A DNA stretch of 63,950 nt, filler included, from an uncultured Acidimicrobiia bacterium (GCA_964347285.1; 5 parts of 5 records of this genome joined end to end with filler, not necessarily neighbours in it), one strand, 5' to 3'. Shown: positions 1 through 10,795, numbered from the whole stretch's first letter. Notes: generated from the letters alone by a model not told the origin. Translations and numbers: made by a program.

Positions 1-347
1 GCTCGGTCGTGCCCCGACGCGGACTCGGCCGACCCGGTTGAGACGGCCGGTGCGCCGCACCGGTCGGTCGACGGGGAGCCCGGCGGTGTCCCCGTTCTCG
101 GCGAGCATGCGCCCCTTCTCGAGCCCGGCAGCACCGGCCGACTCGTCGAACCAGCGCCCACCAACCCGAGCCATCNNNNNNNNNNGTCGGGAAAGGAAGT
201 GGCGAGACTCCGGCGAATGCCGGGACTGAGCTCGCTCGATGGAACGGACCCCACCGCCGTCGACGGGGGCCTCGGACGATCGCCGTAGGCATGAGCCTGG
301 AGATGCAGTCGTCGGGAGCGGCCGAACGCCGAGCGCCCTCGAGGCTC

Positions 348-725
348 TCACCCCCTCCGCAGCCGCAGGAACTCGTGGACCCGCAGCACCCGCAGGAACA
401 CCCGGAAGTACCAGGGCACCGACGCCCAGGCCTCCGGCCGGCCGACCAGCTCGGGATGGGCGAGCTCGATGGCTCGACCCCGGTACTCGATCCGGCAGCC
501 GCCGGCGGCGACGACGTTGCGGACCCAGTCGGAGCCGGAACCGTAGGTGAGGGCGATGACGAACCCGTCGCCGTGGGGGAAGGCGTTGATCGGGATCCGG
601 TGCTCGGTTCCCGACCGGCGGCCGACGTGGGTGAGGGCCGCCCACGGGGGGAGGGAGGCCAGGCGGATCATGAACCGGTTGGTGAAGCGACGGTTGAACC
701 GGGCCAGCCAGCGGGGAAAAGGCAT
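348..725 (-). CDS. Deazaflavin (F420)-dependent nitroreductase family protein (DUF385/Ddn-like)
   Basis: THVGRRSG, ALTYGSGSDWVRNVVAAGGC motifs; CATCAT -10-like hexamer 6 nt before ATG suggests a leaderless start. Confidence 0.85.
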   Translation of the reverse strand: MPFPRWLARFNRRFTNRFMIRLASLPPWAALTHVGRRSGTEHRIPINAFPHGDGFVIALTYGSGSDWVRNVVAAGGCRIEYRGRAIELAHPELVGRPEAWASVPWYFRVFLRVLRVHEFLRLRRG

Positions 726-770
726 CGGGCCATGATGGTCGACGGGCCCGGCGGTCCGTTCCGGCAGACC

Positions 771-1994
771 CTAGGCGGCCCGCCCTCCCCCGGCCCGGAG
801 CGACGCCAGCCAGGTGGTCAGGGGCACCGCGGCCACCAGCCCGATGCTGCCCACCAGGGTGCGGATGATCTCCACCGCCACCACCTCCCCGTTGGCCACG
901 GTCCCCAGCGACTGCTCGGCGATGATGAACAGCACCAGCAGCGGCAGGGCCGCTCCGGCGTAGGCCAGCAGCAGCGTGTTGACGGTGGAGGCGATGTGGT
1001 CCCGGCCGATGCGGAGCCCGGCCTGGAACAGCGAGGCCCGGCCCAGCGACGGGTCGGCCGCCTTCAGCTCCCAGACCGCCGAGGCCTGGGTCACGGTGAC
1101 GTCGTCGATGGCCCCGGCCGCCCCCAGCACCGTGCCGGCCAACACCAGGCCCCGGATGTCGATCCCTTCGAACAGGCTCAGGAACACCGACTCCTCGGTG
1201 GCGAAGCCGGAGATGCGGGCGGCCCCGATCACCAGGGCCGACAGCAGGGCGGTGAGGCCCAGCGCCCCCAGCGTGCCCAGCAAGGCCACGGTGGTCTTGG
1301 TGGAGAACCCGTGGGCCAGGTACAGGGCCAGATAGGCGATGGCGGCCGCCCCCACCACCGCCACCCACACCGGTTCCCGTCCGTCGAGGATGGCCGGAAG
1401 CACGAAGAGCAGCAGCACCACCACGCTCGCCCCCAGGCCGGCCAGGGCCGCCAGGCCGCGCACCCGCCCCAGGGCCACCACGGCCAGGGCGAACCCGATG
1501 GTCAGCCAGGCCAGCACCGGACGGCGCTGGCGGTCCTGGAACTGGTAGCGGAACTCGGGCTCGACGTCGGGCAGGTAGCCGAGCACCACCTCCTCCCCCA
1601 CCGAGAACTCGGGGGCGGCCTCCGCTTCCAGGAAGGACTGGACGAAGGGGTCGCCCTCGTCGGGACCGGCCAGGAGGACGAAGCCCACCGTGGTGCAGGT
1701 GAGGTCGGCGGCGAACTCGCAGGGTCCGATCTCCACCGACTCCACCCGGGCGGCGTACAGGTCCCGGGGAATGCCGATCTCGTCGAGCTGCTCCCGGAAC
1801 TCCTCCGTCCCCGAGCCGGTGGGGCGCAACACCACCAGCCCGATGATCGTGAGCAGGCCGAGGACGACGACGAAGAACGTGAGCGGATCGAGCCGTCGCT
1901 CGGGAACGATCAGCTCGTCGTCGCCGCCCGAGTAGGCCAGCCAGGCCTCGACGTCACCCTGGTGCGGGCCTTCTGGAGGGGTCTGTTGCGCCAC
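771..1994 (-). CDS. YibE/F family membrane protein
   Basis: Multiple TM helices; GAIDDVTVTQAS and GRDHIASTVNTLLLAYAGAALP motifs. Confidence 0.9.
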   Translation of the reverse strand: MAQQTPPEGPHQGDVEAWLAYSGGDDELIVPERRLDPLTFFVVVLGLLTIIGLVVLRPTGSGTEEFREQLDEIGIPRDLYAARVESVEIGPCEFAADLTCTTVGFVLLAGPDEGDPFVQSFLEAEAAPEFSVGEEVVLGYLPDVEPEFRYQFQDRQRRPVLAWLTIGFALAVVALGRVRGLAALAGLGASVVVLLLFVLPAILDGREPVWVAVVGAAAIAYLALYLAHGFSTKTTVALLGTLGALGLTALLSALVIGAARISGFATEESVFLSLFEGIDIRGLVLAGTVLGAAGAIDDVTVTQASAVWELKAADPSLGRASLFQAGLRIGRDHIASTVNTLLLAYAGAALPLLVLFIIAEQSLGTVANGEVVAVEIIRTLVGSIGLVAAVPLTTWLASLRAGGGRAA

Positions 1995-2166
1995 GTGGGA
2001 CCGGCGCCGAGGTTACCGACCGGTTGCCTCCAGTCCGGGGAAATGCCTCCCCCCGGCCGACCGGGCCCGGTCGGGGTCGGGGCACGGGGCCGGACCAACG
2101 GGGGGTCCAAAACACGACGGCGATAGCGGGGCCTCGCTCCCCGAGCCGGGTCGGGGCGCCCGAGCG

Positions 2167-2394
2167 TCAGTCCCGGTGCCGCCAGATGATTCGGCCCCGG
2201 GTGGGGTCGTAGGTGGACACCTCCAGCTCGACCCGGTCGCCGGGAACGATGCGGATCAGCCGGCCCCGGCGCATCTTCCCCGAGGCGCGGGCGATCACCT
2301 CGTGCCCCGAGTTCAGCCGCACCCGGAAGCTGGCGTTGGGCAGGTTCTGCACGACGGTGCCGTCGGTCCTGAATGTGTCCTGGCTCTTCGCCAT
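2167..2394 (-). CDS. infA: Translation initiation factor IF-1 (divergent, outside the ribosomal protein operon)
   Basis: 75 aa S1 fold: LPNASFRVRL..GH....SGKMR...IRIVPGDRV.LE.STYD.TRGRI; GGAGG RBS upstream. Confidence 0.9.
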   Translation of the reverse strand: MAKSQDTFRTDGTVVQNLPNASFRVRLNSGHEVIARASGKMRRGRLIRIVPGDRVELEVSTYDPTRGRIIWRHRD

Positions 2395-2434
2395 GGGACC
2401 TCCATGGCAGAAGGCAAACGCCCCGGAGTGGGTT

Positions 2435-2698
2435 CTAGCGGCTCCCGCTGCGAGGCTGACGCGGTCGCGCCTCGTTGACCCGCAACTGGCGGCCGCCGGC
2501 GTCCGTCCCGTCGAGGGCCTCGATCGCCGAGCGGGCCTCGTCGTCGACTTCCATCTCGACGAAGCCGAATCCGCGCGAACGGCCGGTCTCGCGATCCATG
2601 ATCACCTGCGCCGACTGCACGGTCCCGTGCCGGCTGAAGAGCTGCTCGAGCTCCTCGGACGTGTAGTTGTAGGGAAGATTCCCGACGTAGATGTTCAT
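2435..2698 (-). CDS. Single-domain RRM RNA-binding protein
   Basis: RNP2 IYVGNL, RNP1 RGFGFVEM, DRETGRS, LRVNEARP; start moved to MNIYVG behind an AGGAGG RBS. Confidence 0.93.
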   Translation of the reverse strand: MNIYVGNLPYNYTSEELEQLFSRHGTVQSAQVIMDRETGRSRGFGFVEMEVDDEARSAIEALDGTDAGGRQLRVNEARPRQPRSGSR

Positions 2699-2858
2699 GC
2701 AGACGCTTTCCTCCTGCCCTATGTATGTATTTGGAACTGGGCAGCTGCAGGTACCCGGTCGACGAAGGGAAGACACGAACAGCCTGCACCTGCGCAGCTA
2801 CTACCAAGACATTACCAGCGCACCGGTTGGGAGCCACCGGGAAGAAGCGCCCGGGCCC

Positions 2859-3638
2859 CTAGCGCAAGGTCCCGGCGAACACCTGCCAGGCCAGGGCGCT
2901 CTTGGCGACCAGGCTCAACCACACATAGGCCCGCTCCCCGTAGAGGTAGTCCCGCCAGCGGCCCACCCGGCGGTACTGCAGCACCATGTTGACGGCGAAG
3001 ATGTTGAACAGCACGAACAGCGAGAAGAAGATGCCGTAGACGAACCCGGGCGGCCCGCCGTCGCCGCCTCCGGCGCCGATCAGGTAGACGGCGATGGCGA
3101 TCCAGGGCACCGCCCCGGCGAACACGCCGAACCAAAAGGCGGTCCAGTCGGTCCGCTCCGTCCTCTGGTTAGCCAGTTCCATCATCCAGCCGAACAAGAT
3201 CATGGCGGCGTTGACGGCAAACAGCCCCAGCAAGGCGGCCACATCGAAGATCCCCACCAGCATGGCGATGATCACGATCATCACCGAGGCGCTCAGCGAG
3301 TACTCGATCCAGCGGGCCGGGTTGATGCCCCTCTCGACGTTGGCTCGGTACCACGAGAACACTCCGGGGGCCGAGACGGTGAGATGGGCCAGGGCCGACA
3401 GGAACAGGAAGGCGGCCACCGCCGGACCGATGCGCAGATCGAACCAGACCTCGGTGGGCGGCACCCCGCGCAGCTGGGCCGGATCGGTGGTCAGGAACGA
3501 GGTGGTGATCGGCAGGGCGAAGTCGGTGCTCAGCGCCAGCACCAGGGCGCCCTGGACGGCGTGGAGCACTCCCATCAGCACGTTGAAGCGGCGCAGGCGC
3601 ACGTAGGCGTCCGGGGCCTCGATGCTCGCCGCCGTCAT
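2859..3638 (-). CDS. Heliorhodopsin (HeR), 259 aa
   Basis: Seven TMs; TM1 LHAVQG, TM2 SALAH, TM3 NPARWIEYSLSAS (counterion Glu), MILFGWMME, TM7 GERAYVWLSLVAKSALAWQVF (retinal Lys); GGAGG RBS before ATG 3638. Confidence 0.95.
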   Translation of the reverse strand: MTAASIEAPDAYVRLRRFNVLMGVLHAVQGALVLALSTDFALPITTSFLTTDPAQLRGVPPTEVWFDLRIGPAVAAFLFLSALAHLTVSAPGVFSWYRANVERGINPARWIEYSLSASVMIVIIAMLVGIFDVAALLGLFAVNAAMILFGWMMELANQRTERTDWTAFWFGVFAGAVPWIAIAVYLIGAGGGDGGPPGFVYGIFFSLFVLFNIFAVNMVLQYRRVGRWRDYLYGERAYVWLSLVAKSALAWQVFAGTLR

Positions 3639-3721
3639 GCCCGTCCTCCCCGGCGGCCCGCAGGGCCCGTGCCGGCGGGGGCGAACGCGCTCGCCTCGAC
3701 GGTGCGTGGGTGAACAAACAT
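3635..3721 (-). CDS. Putative 28-aa micro-ORF (MFVHPRTVEASAFAPAGTGPAGRRGGRA) coupled to heliorhodopsin
   Basis: GAGGAAGGAG RBS 7 nt before ATG; its TGA overlaps the HeR start codon (ATGA). Confidence 0.45.
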   Translation of the reverse strand: MFVHPRTVEASAFAPAGTGPAGRRGGRA

Positions 3722-3849
3722 TCGGTGCTCCTTCCTCGGCGGTCGTCACTTCATACGAGGCCCGACCGGGGTCTGGATGAGTAGGTGACCCACGCGCTCA
3801 GGAGCGTGGGCGATAGAAGTCCCGCCCTCCCGTGGCGGCCGTGCCGGCG

Positions 3850-4290
3850 TCACCGCCAAGTCGACTCGACCCGGGCCTTGAGCGCCTCGTTCATCGAGCG
3901 GAACCCGTGCTCGGTCTCGTCGCCGATCAGCTTCATCATCAGCCAGGCCGCCGCCCCGGTGAACTGCTCGCGATGGATGAAGCGAGTGCCGCCCCCCTCC
4001 CCCGGCTCGAGGCGCATCTCGTGCTCGCCGTCGAACACGCCCCGCACCCCCAGCTTGCCGATCCAGCGCAGCTCCCGGCCGGCGTCGTGGGCCAGGAGCT
4101 TGGGCGTGAACGTCATCGCCTTGCCGTTGGGTCGGGTCAGCTCGACCCGGATCTGCTCGCCCACCTCGAACGGCCCCTCCAGCCTGGTGACGAACGGGTT
4201 CCACTCGGGAAAGCTCTCGGTGTCGGCCAGCACCGCCCACACCCGCTCGGGGGGAGCGTCGATGTCGATCTGGGTCTCGATGGTCTGCAT
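3850..4290 (-). CDS. SRPBCC/START-like (polyketide cyclase 2) protein
   Basis: IDIDAPPERVWAVL.D....PEWNPF, ELRWIG, FDGEH, MNEALKARVE. Confidence 0.88.
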   Translation of the reverse strand: MQTIETQIDIDAPPERVWAVLADTESFPEWNPFVTRLEGPFEVGEQIRVELTRPNGKAMTFTPKLLAHDAGRELRWIGKLGVRGVFDGEHEMRLEPGEGGGTRFIHREQFTGAAAWLMMKLIGDETEHGFRSMNEALKARVESTWR

Positions 4291-4461
4291 GGGTCCCCTC
4301 CCTCGGAATGGGCACGCCACGCTAGCGCCCGGCTTGCTCCCCCGGAGCGAAGGCCGGCCCTCGGCCCGGCTCCCTCATCCCGCGGTGGAGCGGGGCGGGC
4401 CGACCGGGCCGGTAGCCTTGACGCCGGGTCGCAACACCGCCCGCCCAGGAAGGTCGCCTCG

Positions 4462-5613
4462 ATGGAATTCGAGACCGAACAGATCCACGCCGGCGTCGAG
4501 CCGGACCCGGTCACCGGAGCGCTGCTCACCCCGATCCACCAGTCCACCGCCTTCGTCCAGCCGTCCCTCGCCGAGTACCTGGCCACCGGGTACTCGTATT
4601 CCCGCTCGGCCAACCCCACCGTGCGGGCCCTCGAGGAGAAGCTGACCGCCCTGGAAGGGGGCGCCGACACCGTCTGCTTCGGGAGCGGCATGGCCGCCAT
4701 CAACGCGGTGTTCACCGCTCTGCTGAACGCCGGCGGCCATGCCATCGTCTCCGACGTCGCCTACGGGGGCACCTATCGCCTCTGCACCAGGGTCCTGGCC
4801 CGCTTCGGGGTGGATTTCACGTTCGCCGATACCTCCGATCCGGATGTGGTCCGGGAGGCGCTGCGCCCCGAGACCCGGTTGATTCTCACCGAGACGCCCG
4901 CCAACCCCACCCTCAAGCTCACTCCGATCGCGGCGATATCGGAGATCGCCCGGGAGCGGGGCATCCCCCACGCCGTCGACAACACGTTTCTCACCCCCTA
5001 CTACCAGCGGCCCCTGGAGCTGGGGGCCGATCTGGTGGTCCACAGCACCACCAAGTACCTGGACGGACACAACGCCACCGTGGGCGGGGCGGTGGTGAGC
5101 GCCGCCCCCGGGCCGGCCGAGGAGATCGCCTTCGTCAAGAACGCCACCGGCACGATCATGTCTCCCCAGGTGGCCTGGCTCACCCTCCAGGGATGCAAGA
5201 CGCTGTCGGTGCGGATGGAGCGCCAGTCGGACAACGCCCTCGCCGTGGCCCGCTTCCTGGAGACCCACCCCAAGGTGGAGCGGATCGCCTACCCCGGCCT
5301 CGATTCCTTCCCCCAGCACGCCCTGGCGGCGGAACAGGCGTCGGGCTTTGGGGCGATGATCTGGTTCGAGCCGGAGGGGGGAGCCGAAGCCGGGCAGCGG
5401 CTGGCGGAGGCCGTGAAGCTGTGGAGCGTGGCCGAGAACCTCGGCTCGGTCGAATCGCTGCTGACCCACCCGGTCACCATGACCCACGCCGACGTCGACG
5501 AGGCGGAGCGGCTCCGGGTGGGCATCACCGACGCCATGATGCGGCTGTCGGTCGGCCTGGAGCACGTCGACGATCTGATCGAGGACCTGGCCCAGGCGCT
5601 GGAGAAGGCCTAA
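4462..5613 (+). CDS. metB: Cystathionine gamma-synthase/lyase family PLP enzyme
   Basis: YSRSANPT, ETPANPT, VDNTF, HSTTKYLDGH (PLP Lys), AENLGSVESL, RLSVGLE; exact substrate not resolvable. Confidence 0.8.
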   Translation: MEFETEQIHAGVEPDPVTGALLTPIHQSTAFVQPSLAEYLATGYSYSRSANPTVRALEEKLTALEGGADTVCFGSGMAAINAVFTALLNAGGHAIVSDVAYGGTYRLCTRVLARFGVDFTFADTSDPDVVREALRPETRLILTETPANPTLKLTPIAAISEIARERGIPHAVDNTFLTPYYQRPLELGADLVVHSTTKYLDGHNATVGGAVVSAAPGPAEEIAFVKNATGTIMSPQVAWLTLQGCKTLSVRMERQSDNALAVARFLETHPKVERIAYPGLDSFPQHALAAEQASGFGAMIWFEPEGGAEAGQRLAEAVKLWSVAENLGSVESLLTHPVTMTHADVDEAERLRVGITDAMMRLSVGLEHVDDLIEDLAQALEKA

Positions 5614-5623
5614 CCCCGGGAGG

Positions 5624-7138
5624 CTAGGAAAGAGACGATCCCCTGTCGGTCCCCACGGCCGGGCGCCGCTCCCGCCACGGGTGGGCTTCCTCCAGCTGGG
5701 CGGCCAGGCGGAACAGGACGGCGTCGTCGCCAAAGCGGGCCGCCAGCTGGACTCCCACCGGCAGGCCGTCGGCGGTCCAGTGCAGCGGCACCGAGGCCGC
5801 CGGCTGGCCCGACATGTTGAACAGCGGAGTGTTGGGGATAGGGCGGAGGATCTCCCCCGAGAGCTGCTTGACCAGCAGGTCGAGCAGGGGCCGGGCCGGC
5901 ACCCGCCGCACCGCTTGCAGCATCACCTCCTCGTGGCGGGCCGGGTCGAGCTCGCCGATCGCCCAGGGAGGCCGGGCCAGGGTGGCCGAAAGGAACACGT
6001 CGTAGGGCTCCATGAACTGGGCCATCGTCCTCCCCGTCCCCCGGGTGACGTGCACGGCCCGGATCAACTCGGCCGAGCTGCGCCGGCGGGCGATGAGGTG
6101 GAGGATCCAGGTGATCAACTCGAAGTCCTCCGCCTTCGGCTTGGCGCCGGCCAGCGCGGCACTCTCCTCGACGTCGAAGGCGGCTCCGGCCGCCGCCATC
6201 GTGACGAAGGAGTCGACGATCTCCTCCACCGCCAGGGCGGGGTGGGCCTCCTCCACATCGTGGCCCAGCTCGGTGAGCAGGTCGGCGGCCCGCTCCACGG
6301 CCTCGACACAATCGGGCTCCATGGGACGGGTGTCGAGCAGGGGCCGGGTGGTCACCGCCACCCGAAGCCGGCCCACCTCGGCGCCCACCTCGTCGGCAAA
6401 CGGCCGAGCGGTGCCGGGGGTGGCGTAGGGAGCGCCCGCATCGGGCCCCTGGGTGGCATCGAGGAGCCGGGCACTGTCGCGCACGGTGCGGGTCACCGCG
6501 TGCTGCTCGGTCAGGCTGAGCCACCCGTCGGCGTAGTGGGGACCGAAGGGACTGCGGCCCCGCGACGGCTTCAGCCCGAACAGCCCGCAGGCCGAGGCGG
6601 GGATGCGGATGGATCCGCCCCCATCGGTGGCGTGAGCCATCGGCACCAGGCCGGCTGCGGTGGCCGCCGCCGACCCCCCGCTGGATCCGCCCGGGGTGCG
6701 GGAGGTATCCCAGGGGTTGCGGGTCGGGCCGTGCAGGTCGGGTTCGGTGACCGGAGCCAGGCCGAACTCGGGGGTGTTGGCCTTGCCGACCACGATCAGC
6801 CCGGCCTCCTTGTAGCGGCGCACCAGCTCGGTGTCGACCTCGGGGATGTGATTGGCCTGGGCCCGAGAACCTCCGGTGAACGGCTCTCCGGCATGGGCGG
6901 CGTGCAGGTCCTTGAGGAGGAAGGGAACCCCGGCAAAGGGGCCGCGGCGGGGCTCGGCGTCGGCCAGCTCCCGGGCCCGGTCGAACATGGGATGGATCAC
7001 CGCGTTGATGTAGGGGTTGAGGCGCTGGATGCGCTCGATGGCCGCCTCGACCAGCTCGGCGGGATGAACTTCCTTGTCGCGCACCAGCTCGGCCAGGCCG
7101 GTGGCGTCGTAGCTGTCGTAGTCGGCGAACGCCTCCAT
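5624..7138 (-). CDS. Amidase signature family enzyme
   Basis: GVPFLLKDL (Lys), [39 protein letters not shown]. Confidence 0.92.
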   Translation of the reverse strand: MEAFADYDSYDATGLAELVRDKEVHPAELVEAAIERIQRLNPYINAVIHPMFDRARELADAEPRRGPFAGVPFLLKDLHAAHAGEPFTGGSRAQANHIPEVDTELVRRYKEAGLIVVGKANTPEFGLAPVTEPDLHGPTRNPWDTSRTPGGSSGGSAAATAAGLVPMAHATDGGGSIRIPASACGLFGLKPSRGRSPFGPHYADGWLSLTEQHAVTRTVRDSARLLDATQGPDAGAPYATPGTARPFADEVGAEVGRLRVAVTTRPLLDTRPMEPDCVEAVERAADLLTELGHDVEEAHPALAVEEIVDSFVTMAAAGAAFDVEESAALAGAKPKAEDFELITWILHLIARRRSSAELIRAVHVTRGTGRTMAQFMEPYDVFLSATLARPPWAIGELDPARHEEVMLQAVRRVPARPLLDLLVKQLSGEILRPIPNTPLFNMSGQPAASVPLHWTADGLPVGVQLAARFGDDAVLFRLAAQLEEAHPWRERRPAVGTDRGSSLS

Positions 7139-7255
7139 CGGATCCTCCTTTGTTGCGATCCTACGCCCCGCCTCTTCTCTCGGTGGTCGCCGCACCACAC
7201 CGAGATCACCAGGAGCGTGGATCGATCCGGGTGAAGAAGGCCGAACCCGGTCCGC

Positions 7256-10200
7256 TCAGGGCCCGGAGATCGTGATGGTGGTCCCGTCGGAATCACCGTC
7301 GGGATCGTGGTTGGCGCCGGCGTCGTAGGAGTCGGCGGCGCGGGACACGGTGTCGACGGTGAAGGTGGCGCCGGCCGTGTTGCCCTTGATGTTGTTCTTG
7401 GTGATCGTGCACCGCCCCGAGGCGTCGGTGGAGCACGACCCTCCGCCGTTGGCACCGTCGCTCCACGACCCCTCCACGGTGGCGCCGGGCACCGGGGCGT
7501 GTGCGGCATCGTGCACGGTGATGGTGACGGTGGCGTTCCATCGGTTGCGCGGGGCCGCAGCGGCGGCTCCGTCGAGGTCGCCGACGTGCATCTGTACGGC
7601 CGCCATCCCGGCCGGCACGCTCTGGGAGTCGGTGTCGGTGGCCCCCTGGTCGTCGGTCACCGTCAACACCACCGTGTAGGTGCCGGCGGCCGCATAGGTG
7701 TGGCTGGTCGCGACGCCGGTGCCGGCGGCGCCGTCGCCGAAGTCCCAGTCGTAGCCGGAAACGGTCCCGTCCGGATCGCTGGAGGGGGCGCCGTCGAAGG
7801 TGCAGACGAGGTCGGCGCACGAGTAGGTGAACGAAGCGACCGGGGGCTGGTTGGGGGGCGGGCCGTCCTTGAACACCACGATGACGGTCCCGTCGCCGTC
7901 GGGATCGTGGTTGGCGCCCGGATCGTAGGAGTCGGGGGCGCGGGTCACGTTGACGACGGTGAAGGTCACGCTGGCCACGCTGCCCTTGATGTTGGCCTCG
8001 GTGATCGTGCACCGCCCCGACGCGTCGGTCGTACACCATCCCCCGCCGCCGTTGCTCCACGACCCGTCGACGGTGGCACCGGCCACGGAGACTTCGGAGG
8101 CGTCGTGCACGGTGATGGTCACGGAGGCGTTCCATCGATTGCGGGGCGCCGGGGAGGCGGCTCCGTCCAGGTCGCCGACGTGCACGGTCACCACCGGGGC
8201 GTTGTGCACGGTGACCGCCGAGGAGTCGCCGGCGACGTTGGCCGCCGAATCGGTGGCGCGGGCATCGACGGTGTGGCTGCCGTCGCCGACCGTCGTCGTG
8301 TCCCAGGAGGCGTGATAGCTCCCCGTCCCCGAGTCGTAGGCGGCCTCCTGCCAGGCCCCACCGTCCACGTTCCATTCCACCGTCAGGGACCCGGCCGGGT
8401 CCTCGGCGTCGGCGGCGTCGATCTCTATTGGCGTCGTTCCTTGGACGGTCGAGCCGTCGGCCGGCCCGGTCAGCGCCACGGTGGGCGGGTCGTTGGGCTG
8501 AGCGAGGTCGCCGTCGACCACGAGGGCAAACGGCTGGGGGCCGTTGGGCACGTTGAATCCCTGCACCTGCACCGTCCAGGTGCCGGCCGAGGCCGAGGGG
8601 ACGTAGACGTTCTCGACGTTGTTGACCCGGTCGGGGGCGCCGTCCGCCTGCGACCAGCCGCCGGCGAAGTGGTTGCCCCGATACTGGGCGCCGCCGGGGG
8701 CGGTGACGACGAGGTCGAGGTCGTTGACCAGGTTGGCCGCCGCCGCCTCGGTGGACGGGAAGTCGCTCCACACCAGGGTCGCCTTGAACGGCCCGCCGGG
8801 GCTGGCCACGCCGAACTGATAGGTGGCGCTGCCGCCGGTGGCCGGCCCGACCGCCTCCTCGACGAACTGATGGCTGCCGTCGGTGGCAGCGGCCAGATCG
8901 ATCCGGCCCCAGCCCTCGTGGAGGTTGGGAATCGGGAAGTCGTTGTCGTCGACGCCGTCGTTGTTCTCGTCGGCCAGGTCGACCGCCGAGTTGATCAGGG
9001 TGGCCTTGACCAGCGCCGCGCTGGCGCCGTGGGAGTGGGCCTTCTGGTAGAAGTCCCGCACCACGGCCGCTCCCCCGGCGGCGATGGGGTTGGACATCGA
9101 CGTCCCGCCCATGTACTTGTAGGCGGAGTTGGCGGGCATGCCCCATCCGTCCCACTGATACCCGCCGGTCTGAGGGTTCACCGGGTCGCCGTAGCCCTGC
9201 TGGTGCAGACCGGAGAATCCGGAGAGGATCCAGGTGCCCGGGGCCACCACGTCGGGCTTGATGCGATTGTCATCGGTGGGGCCCCGGCTCGAGAACGGGG
9301 CCATCTGCTCGGCGTCGCCGGCGCTGACGTCGCCGGCCAGCGGCTCGACGAGGAACCCCCAGCGCTCACCGGCGGTGCCCAGGAAGCCGGCCTGGTTGCC
9401 CCCCATGCTCGCGCAGGTCTGCCCGGCTTGGTAGAGGTCGGCCGACGGGTAGGTGAGGCCGGCGTCGCACTGGTAGTCGCCCTGGCGGTCCCCCTCCGAG
9501 GCGCCGACCGTGATCACGTTCTTGGCGGTGGCCGGGGATCCGAGCGAGTCGGCGTCGACCACCCCGTCCAGATCGAAGTCGTAGCCCTCGTTGCCGGCCG
9601 AGAACGTGATGGCCATGTCGGGGTTGTTCCACATGAAGTCGTCGGTGTTGGCGCTGTCGATGGTGTAGGCGCCGGCCTGGGCGCTGCCCCACGAGTTGGA
9701 GTGGACCCGGGCCCCGTCCGCATAGGCCTGCTGGTACATGTCCCCCAGATCGTCGGGGAGGCCGGTGAGGAAGTAGCCCTGGGCCGGCCATCCGCCGAAA
9801 AGCTGGCAGATGAAGTCGATGGTGGCCCAGTTCTCGGTGGCCTGGAACACCAGGCCGGCGGCCGGGGCTGCCCCCTTGCCCTCGCCGGCCGGACCGCCAT
9901 CGCCGAGCACGGAGACGGCGGTATGGGTGCCGTGGCCGCTGTCGACGTCCCGGGGACCGTCGTCGCTCACGGACGTGAAGCACCCCCCGGCGGCCCCCGG
10001 CCAGTTGTAGATGGAAGAGATGCGCGACGCCGGGATATCGGGGTGGGCCCCGGCGGCGGTGCCGTCGCCCAGGCCGGTGTCGGACACCGCAACGATCTGG
10101 GTCGAGCCGTCGTACCCGTTGGCGGTGGCGACGTTGGCTCCCACCGTCACGCCGGCGCCGAACTCGTTGTGCCGCTCGGCCGGCAGATGCTTCTCCACCC

Positions 10201-10795
10201 AGGCGACGTCGAGGACCCGGGCGATCGCTTCCAGCTGGGCGCCGTCGGCGCCGACCAGCAGGAAGCCGTCGTGGCGCTGGAGCACCGTAGCCCCCGTGGC
10301 GGCGACGGCGGCGGTGGCCCGACCGGCGTCGGCCCCGCGCTCGATGCGGACCCGGTACAGGTGTGAGCCGTCGCCGGCCGGTCCCGAGCCGAGCTTGTAG
10401 GCCGGGTGATACAGACCCACCCAGGCGACCGCGTCCAGGGCTTCGGCCCGGGCCGCCGCGGCCGGGGTCATCCGGACCTTGAAGGCGAAGTCGGGGATGT
10501 AGTCGAGGAGTTCTCCGCCCAGCGCCGCCACCTGATCCTTCCACGCCTCCCGGACCGGGCCGGCGAACTGGACGAGGTAGTAGCCGGCCCGGCCGGCGGC
10601 GTATCCGGCGATGGTCAGACCGGGTGGGATATCGGGACGCTCCCCCCGGGCCGGGGTGAAGGTGGCCGCCTGGAGGCGGATGGGCGCCTCGGAGTCGGCG
10701 GCGGCCGCAGCCGGTGGGGTGGCGCCGGCGCCGGGGACGGCGAGCAGCGAGGCGATGAGCAACAATCCGGCGAGTGGCAACAGCTTGCGAAGCAC
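7256..10795 (-). CDS. Secreted S8 subtilase (KP-43-like) with Ig-like, PKD and duplicated C-terminal domains
   Basis: Signal peptide; triad VSDTG / SGHGTHTA / [38 protein letters not shown] start behind GAGGGGAG. Confidence 0.9.
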   Translation of the reverse strand: MLRKLLPLAGLLLIASLLAVPGAGATPPAAAAADSEAPIRLQAATFTPARGERPDIPPGLTIAGYAAGRAGYYLVQFAGPVREAWKDQVAALGGELLDYIPDFAFKVRMTPAAAARAEALDAVAWVGLYHPAYKLGSGPAGDGSHLYRVRIERGADAGRATAAVAATGATVLQRHDGFLLVGADGAQLEAIARVLDVAWVEKHLPAERHNEFGAGVTVGANVATANGYDGSTQIVAVSDTGLGDGTAAGAHPDIPASRISSIYNWPGAAGGCFTSVSDDGPRDVDSGHGTHTAVSVLGDGGPAGEGKGAAPAAGLVFQATENWATIDFICQLFGGWPAQGYFLTGLPDDLGDMYQQAYADGARVHSNSWGSAQAGAYTIDSANTDDFMWNNPDMAITFSAGNEGYDFDLDGVVDADSLGSPATAKNVITVGASEGDRQGDYQCDAGLTYPSADLYQAGQTCASMGGNQAGFLGTAGERWGFLVEPLAGDVSAGDAEQMAPFSSRGPTDDNRIKPDVVAPGTWILSGFSGLHQQGYGDPVNPQTGGYQWDGWGMPANSAYKYMGGTSMSNPIAAGGAAVVRDFYQKAHSHGASAALVKATLINSAVDLADENNDGVDDNDFPIPNLHEGWGRIDLAAATDGSHQFVEEAVGPATGGSATYQFGVASPGGPFKATLVWSDFPSTEAAAANLVNDLDLVVTAPGGAQYRGNHFAGGWSQADGAPDRVNNVENVYVPSASAGTWTVQVQGFNVPNGPQPFALVVDGDLAQPNDPPTVALTGPADGSTVQGTTPIEIDAADAEDPAGSLTVEWNVDGGAWQEAAYDSGTGSYHASWDTTTVGDGSHTVDARATDSAANVAGDSSAVTVHNAPVVTVHVGDLDGAASPAPRNRWNASVTITVHDASEVSVAGATVDGSWSNGGGGWCTTDASGRCTITEANIKGSVASVTFTVVNVTRAPDSYDPGANHDPDGDGTVIVVFKDGPPPNQPPVASFTYSCADLVCTFDGAPSSDPDGTVSGYDWDFGDGAAGTGVATSHTYAAAGTYTVVLTVTDDQGATDTDSQSVPAGMAAVQMHVGDLDGAAAAAPRNRWNATVTITVHDAAHAPVPGATVEGSWSDGANGGGSCSTDASGRCTITKNNIKGNTAGATFTVDTVSRAADSYDAGANHDPDGDSDGTTITISGP

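Noticed and set aside
1..345. Short ORFs around the 10-N gap at 176-185
   Set aside because: No recognisable motifs, and the region is interrupted by a gap.
291..2126. Long antisense or alternate-frame ORFs (also 5681-7234, 7307-10366, 44822-46717, 49055-52024 and others)
   Set aside because: Shadow ORFs typical of high-GC DNA; they overlap genes with clear motifs and have low-complexity Arg/Gly/Pro/His-rich translations.
2859..3638. Proton-pumping type-1 rhodopsin (actinorhodopsin)
   Set aside because: Lacks the DTE/DTD and DxxxK motifs; has the heliorhodopsin RWIEYS and SLVAK signature.
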